From positions 96,001 to 160,000 of the forward strand of contig CAVVUN010000008.1 in assembly GCA_963751455.1 (NCBI GenBank): a stretch of 64,000 nucleotides of DNA, in the 5' to 3' direction. This document shows positions 59,719 to 64,000 of this stretch, one piece after another. The notes under the pieces were generated by a model. The model was not told the DNA's origin. It ran no database searches and saw only the letters and a list, made by a program, of their open reading frames with translations. The stretch is from Nitrospirota bacterium (GTDB taxonomy: Bacteria > Nitrospirota > UBA9217). How positions within the stretch are numbered: position 1 is the first letter of the stretch; every line of letters begins with the position of its first letter. The position numbers and the translations under genes are program-made.

Positions 59719-60234
59719 AGAGCCCTTCAGGAAGCCGACACAGTGACGCGGAGACCGAGCTGCGACGAGGGTTAATAACAGGATCCAGGGGGCAAGGGTC
59801 CAATGTTCAGGGTTCAGGAGCCATTGTCAAGAGATTTATGATGCAGGAATAAAAAGGCGACTAAGCCGCGAGCTTTAACGGTATTGGGCTTAATTTCTCT
59901 CCGACCTTTTTTACCAGAGCACTGTGTCTCCGGTCCGCTTTTTCCATCCGGACCCGGATTAGAGTCTTTGCCGCTCAGGCAACGAACAGGGCCAGCGAAA
60001 CGAAACGTAGTACCGCGGAATTGATTTTCATAGTAACCTCCCGGCGCACTTCCCCGGGACTTATACTTCTGAATTTAGCGCGCATCGGAGGCGAGTCAAT
60101 TGGCCCGATGTATTAGCCGGTAGAGGTTGAAATGCCGCGTAATTTATCTTCGATTGGGCTCATCCGCGTTTCTAAAGTGCCTTCATAGATTTGATTATCA
60201 AGTCTTGAATTATCGTTTTATTACATTCCGATTG

Positions 60235-60630
60235 TCATCGAGCAGAGCCGGCAGAAAGCTTCTCCCTTCTCGGAATTAAAACTGCAAAGACGACCGCAAC
60301 TATCAGAAGCAGCGGAACGTCGCCGAAGAGATGTCCCCGGTGTTCGGGGTACACAAGCGCCTGGACTGCCATGATGCCGCCGTGGACGACGCTGGACCAG
60401 ACCCCAAACCAGATAAGGCTGAGATGCTCGACTGGATTTCGAGCTGCCCAGATCAGGAATACCCCGAGAGTCGCGTAGATCCCGATGATCATTTGAAGGT
60501 ACATCGAGTGTCCGTCCGAGTGCCATGCAAAGCCCGAGGGCCAGTAAATGGTCAGGGGATAAACTCCGACTATGCAGAAAGCTCCGACAAAAATCAACGC
60601 GATCTTTAAGAGCCGTGCAGTATCGTCCAT
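60235..60630 (-). CDS. DUF6632-like membrane protein
   Basis: WPSGFAW, MIIGIYATLGVFL.WAARNP..H.SLIWF..WSS.VH, HLFGDVP. Confidence 0.8.
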   Translation of the reverse strand: MDDTARLLKIALIFVGAFCIVGVYPLTIYWPSGFAWHSDGHSMYLQMIIGIYATLGVFLIWAARNPVEHLSLIWFGVWSSVVHGGIMAVQALVYPEHRGHLFGDVPLLLIVAVVFAVLIPRREKLSAGSAR

Positions 60631-60666
60631 GCCTGCCTCCTTTACATAACACGGTGTGGCGACTCA

Positions 60667-61080
60667 TCAGTTGACAGTGATCGTTTTTTCGGTTGAGACC
60701 AGCGGCGACCATGACGAAGAATGCGGATTTTCCGAGAGAAGCACGCGCAATGTATTAATCTCATTCAGTGTCTTTATAACGGAAAAAGAGGCTGTTCCCG
60801 TCCCTTTGCTGACAATTTTATTATCATTCTCCAGAGTATAGGAGCTGCCGGCGCTAAATCCATAGTTAATGACCCCGCTCTCTTTTGTTTGCAGGCTATA
60901 TGAAACTGATATCGAAAATGTCGTTGTTGTACCTGCGCTCACTATTGATGGAGTTATGCTGTCAATCGTTATGCTGTCTACTCCGGCAGATCCTGACCCT
61001 GAATCATTACTTCCACATCCGAACGCAAAGAAAAGGACTGTCAACATCGCGGCTGTAAAAACTATTCTGATTAATTTCAT
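60667..61080 (-). CDS. Small lipoprotein with an Ig-like beta domain
   Basis: GGAGG RBS; lipobox AFGC; Ser/Thr-rich beta-strand pattern. Confidence 0.75.
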   Translation of the reverse strand: MKLIRIVFTAAMLTVLFFAFGCGSNDSGSGSAGVDSITIDSITPSIVSAGTTTTFSISVSYSLQTKESGVINYGFSAGSSYTLENDNKIVSKGTGTASFSVIKTLNEINTLRVLLSENPHSSSWSPLVSTEKTITVN

Positions 61081-61140
61081 GATCGCCTCCCTGATAGAAT
61101 TCAATTTGTGTTGATACAAAAGACAATGCAACGGTCCAAC

Positions 61141-61890
61141 CTATTTTCGTAAATTTTTAGAACTTGATTGATTTTCCCGAAAGCGTGCCAGCGCGGACTT
61201 ATCGATTTGCTGATAGATATTCTTTTCCACGAAGGATGCAAGAATGGCCTCTTCCTTGTTCGTCAGGGATGTGAATCGTATGCCGTAGCGGCTTACGTCC
61301 GAGGACGGTTCAGGCGGGACTACCCACACAATCTCGCCGGCTGAGGAAATATGCTCGCCATCCGGCAGATAGAAAGAGCATACAACCTGCTCACCCCGGG
61401 CGATCTGTTCGGTGGTTTTTACCAGGATCCCGCTGGAGCTCAAGTTCTCCAAATTGGCCAGGAACGGCCGGTTTTTGTGTTTTCCTTCAACGGTCATGCT
61501 CATGACAACCCCATAGGGTCGGCGGGCGGCACTGTTTAAAAACTCCTGCACCTTGGCAACAAAAATAAATGTAGCGATGGGCAGAGGGAAAACCGCATTG
61601 GCACCGCATCGTCCGATGCGGTCCCGGTGCTCGACAGTATCATTGTACAAAACGATGATAGAGATGTCTCGGGTGTGGTCTGACGCGCGAATCGTCCGGA
61701 TAAGCGTCTCGCATTCAAGGCCGGGCGTGTCAATCTTCGTGACCAGCAAGTGGCAATTCTCCTTGATGTGCAGTTTCAGCATCTCATCATGTGTTGCAGC
61801 GGTCAGGACGGTAATCTTGGACCGCTGGAGGAAAACCATTGCCTTCGTCATAACGGACTGCACATCTTGAGCAACTATAATTTTTTTCAT
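61141..61890 (-). CDS. Pseudo-receiver domain plus PilZ domain protein
   Basis: REC-like N-terminus lacking the acidic pocket and phospho-Asp (LLVTKIDTPG); PilZ NLSSSG, GEIVWV, YGIRF; RxxxR degenerate (RRPYG). Confidence 0.8.
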   Translation of the reverse strand: MKKIIVAQDVQSVMTKAMVFLQRSKITVLTAATHDEMLKLHIKENCHLLVTKIDTPGLECETLIRTIRASDHTRDISIIVLYNDTVEHRDRIGRCGANAVFPLPIATFIFVAKVQEFLNSAARRPYGVVMSMTVEGKHKNRPFLANLENLSSSGILVKTTEQIARGEQVVCSFYLPDGEHISSAGEIVWVVPPEPSSDVSRYGIRFTSLTNKEEAILASFVEKNIYQQIDKSALARFRENQSSSKNLRK

Positions 61891-62137
61891 TGGATGCCTC
61901 TTTGCTGAATCGGCTTTATCCGGGTCTTTTGGCATTAATAAACGTATATCGACCAGAGCGAACTATAGCAAAACTGCGGAGAATAGTACATACCCGCCAA
62001 GGGGTATTTTAGGGGTATGGGAGGGAGAAAGGCGGACAGAGGCGACGGGATGGATGGATCTAATGCAGGGTATAAGGGTCCAGGGTAAAGGGTTCAGGGG
62101 GTAAAGCAGGGGCAATCAAATTCTTCTAATCTCGAGA

Positions 62138-62163
62138 GGACTGCCGGATCATTCCGGCAGTCC
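62138..62163. terminator. GC hairpin downstream of the SnoaL-like gene
   Basis: GGACTGCCGGA-tcat-TCCGGCAGTCC; no clear U-tract. Confidence 0.5.
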
Positions 62164-62188
62164 CCCATTGCAAATGTCAGGACATCGG

Positions 62189-62620
62189 TTACGCCGCCTT
62201 CGGCATCTTGCCTACAATCGGCTGCCCTACCGCTTCCAGCCACTTTGCCGTGTTGTGATAGGCTCTAAAGCGGATTATTTTGCCGTTCTGAACGGTGCAG
62301 ACAAAACACGCCGGGATATCCAGCTTCTTTTCCGTTTCTTTGCCTTTACCAAAAAACCTTCCGAGAGCGACAATATCGTCACCCGCGTCAAGATATTCGT
62401 CAATAATGATGCCGAAATCATCGATACGGTCTAAAGTCGGCATCACAACTTCCCTTAAAGATTCATCTGCCCCATGATGTTTGCCTGCGAACCAAAGCCC
62501 CGGCACATCGGGTTCAATCCATTCGATATTATCGTCAAGCACAGCACGAGCTGCTTCAACATCGCCCTTCGGACCCGATTCAAAGAAAGTCCTGACTATT
62601 TCAATATTATTTTTTGCCAT
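62189..62620 (-). CDS. SnoaL-like/NTF2 family protein
   Basis: GGAGG RBS; NIEIVRTFFE...GDVEA, EYLDAGDDIVALG, GKIIRFRAY. Confidence 0.85.
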   Translation of the reverse strand: MAKNNIEIVRTFFESGPKGDVEAARAVLDDNIEWIEPDVPGLWFAGKHHGADESLREVVMPTLDRIDDFGIIIDEYLDAGDDIVALGRFFGKGKETEKKLDIPACFVCTVQNGKIIRFRAYHNTAKWLEAVGQPIVGKMPKAA

Positions 62621-62875
62621 TTGTACCTCCTGAACTGCAAATTCGACCACAAACAAATTTTACCATAAATCTTCTTTTAGCCTTATTTTGCGCCCAAAGT
62701 ATACGTCCACGGCGAGAGCGTACAGGTACTGACGTAAAAAAATCGGGAGCGAAGAATCTCTATTCTGCGCTCCCGATACGTTAAAAGGCAGTTGAAAACC
62801 GCTGTATTGCCATTTTAGAGAGGCACTACTTGAAACGGGCAATCCCCGACTTTGTGAGCGATCTTCAGCAGCCTG

Positions 62876-63418
62876 TTAATTGTTCTCAACAACGAAATCG
62901 GCTCTTCTGTTCTCCTGCCAGCACTCCTCAGTGCCGATTTTACAGACCGGTTTTTCCTTGCCATAGCTGATCAGCGCCAGCCGCTGGGAAGAAACGCCCA
63001 GATCAGCAATATATTTCTTGGCGTTCTGCGCGCGTCGCTGACCCAATGCCTGGTTATACTCGATTGTGCCGCGTTCGTCGCAGTTTCCCTCTATCTTGAC
63101 CTTTACGCCCGGATTTGCCTTGAGCCATTCGGCATTTTCCCTGAGAACGGTTGCTGCTTCCTTGCTGATGTCTGACTGGTCGAACTCATAATGCACGGGC
63201 TTTAGTCCGCGTTCCGCAGAGACAGCTTGCTCCTGGACTTTTTCCTCAGCCCGGTATGCTGCGTCCTTCACCTCTTGCTTTTCAGGTTCGGCTGCTCCTG
63301 AAGCGGTTGCTGCAGGTGCAGGTTCCGGGGACGAGGAAATTTCCGTTTTTTTAGGGCAACCTGACAAAGAAACCAACCATACCATCAATAATGCAACGAT
63401 CCCAATCCACTGTCTCAT
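62876..63418 (-). CDS. pal: Peptidoglycan-associated lipoprotein (OmpA-like domain)
   Basis: Lipobox LSGC; IEGNCDERGTIEYNQALGQRRA, SYGKEKP, NRRADF; no tolB adjacent. Confidence 0.9.
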   Translation of the reverse strand: MRQWIGIVALLMVWLVSLSGCPKKTEISSSPEPAPAATASGAAEPEKQEVKDAAYRAEEKVQEQAVSAERGLKPVHYEFDQSDISKEAATVLRENAEWLKANPGVKVKIEGNCDERGTIEYNQALGQRRAQNAKKYIADLGVSSQRLALISYGKEKPVCKIGTEECWQENRRADFVVENN

Positions 63419-63523
63419 CTGAACCCCTCCGTATAATAAGATTTTTCCGTTCCAGTACTCAAAGTATACCGGTGTGGTTGCAGAAGAGTCCGTGATCCTG
63501 CTCACAAATCTAATACTTTTTTA

Positions 63524-63754
63524 TTAATTTTCTACGTAAATCATTTTAGAATCGTGTCGCAGCTTTGAGCGTCTTCGGTCCGAGCATGGCGTATTTGTCA
63601 TTGCTGCCATCCTGTTTTTCATCATGCCTGCGCAGTCGGGAACTGCTCCTTGTTCTGTGCAGCATTTTCCCATCATCTCGAACATCGCGAACTCCATAGG
63701 ACTCAAACCTTCCGATTTCGTCTTGTCTTCCTTCTTGTTTTTATCTTCAGTCAT
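63524..63754 (-). CDS. Small Met/Cys-rich hypothetical protein
   Basis: AGGAGGAGG RBS; MFEMMGKCC...DCAGMMK. Confidence 0.5.
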   Translation of the reverse strand: MTEDKNKKEDKTKSEGLSPMEFAMFEMMGKCCTEQGAVPDCAGMMKNRMAAMTNTPCSDRRRSKLRHDSKMIYVEN

Positions 63755-63911
63755 TTGACCCTCCTCCTTGCGATTTATGATTTTCCCTGTGGCCGCGAGA
63801 TCTGCCGAAATCCGGTCCGCACATCATCGAACCATGTCCTCTCATCATGAAGAAGCAGAAAACCATCATTGCGATCATAATGATCGGAAATATCCGCCAA
63901 AATCCAAACAT
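63747..63911 (-). CDS. Small Met-rich membrane peptide, possibly truncated
   Basis: MFGFWRIFPIIMIAMMVFCFFMMRGHGSMMCGP...; overlaps the start of the next ORF. Confidence 0.45.
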   Translation of the reverse strand: MFGFWRIFPIIMIAMMVFCFFMMRGHGSMMCGPDFGRSRGHRENHKSQGGGSND

Positions 63912-64000
63912 TCGAATTCACTCAGAACGAGCACGGTTCGATAGTCTTGCGGAAGGCTTTCCACAACGGCCCTGTTTTTCTGCCTGATAAACAGTTATAA

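Overview
Bacterial chromosomal window of moderate GC. Gene content and repeat style suggest Nitrospirota or a Desulfobacterota-like anaerobe (inference only). No rRNA, tRNA or CRISPR array was found. Housekeeping genes (ADP-forming acyl-CoA synthetase with a DRTGG partner, ilvE, deoC, lpxC, oppD/oppF-type ATPases, a lone ParC/GyrA-type subunit, yjbQ, rpsU, pal) alternate with accessory patches. These include: (i) a 5.3-11.5 kb toxin-antitoxin/IS debris field where most toxins are broken but antitoxins are intact, with an internally deleted IS4-type element that keeps its 16-bp TIRs and a 10-bp target duplication; (ii) a tightly coupled operon at 18.7-24.0 kb encoding a PocR-GAF-GGDEF cyclase, a STAND-like ATPase fused to an RsbW-type kinase, a STAS protein and a GAF-HD-GYP phosphodiesterase, which is my best candidate for an undescribed system; (iii) candidate c-di-GMP effectors (DUF4388/MshEN-like protein with a PilT paralog, a J-domain protein with four MshEN-like motifs, a pseudo-receiver-PilZ protein); (iv) surface and secreted proteins, including a repeat adhesin, PQQ-type propellers and an apparently dead HtrA-like protease; (v) a small secreted triple-motif peptide gene enclosed by 37-bp inverted repeats and apparently under TetR control; (vi) many intergenic periodic inverted-repeat and REP-like elements, often nested, one inserted in frame into metF. 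All family assignments come from motif recognition by eye; no database searches were run.
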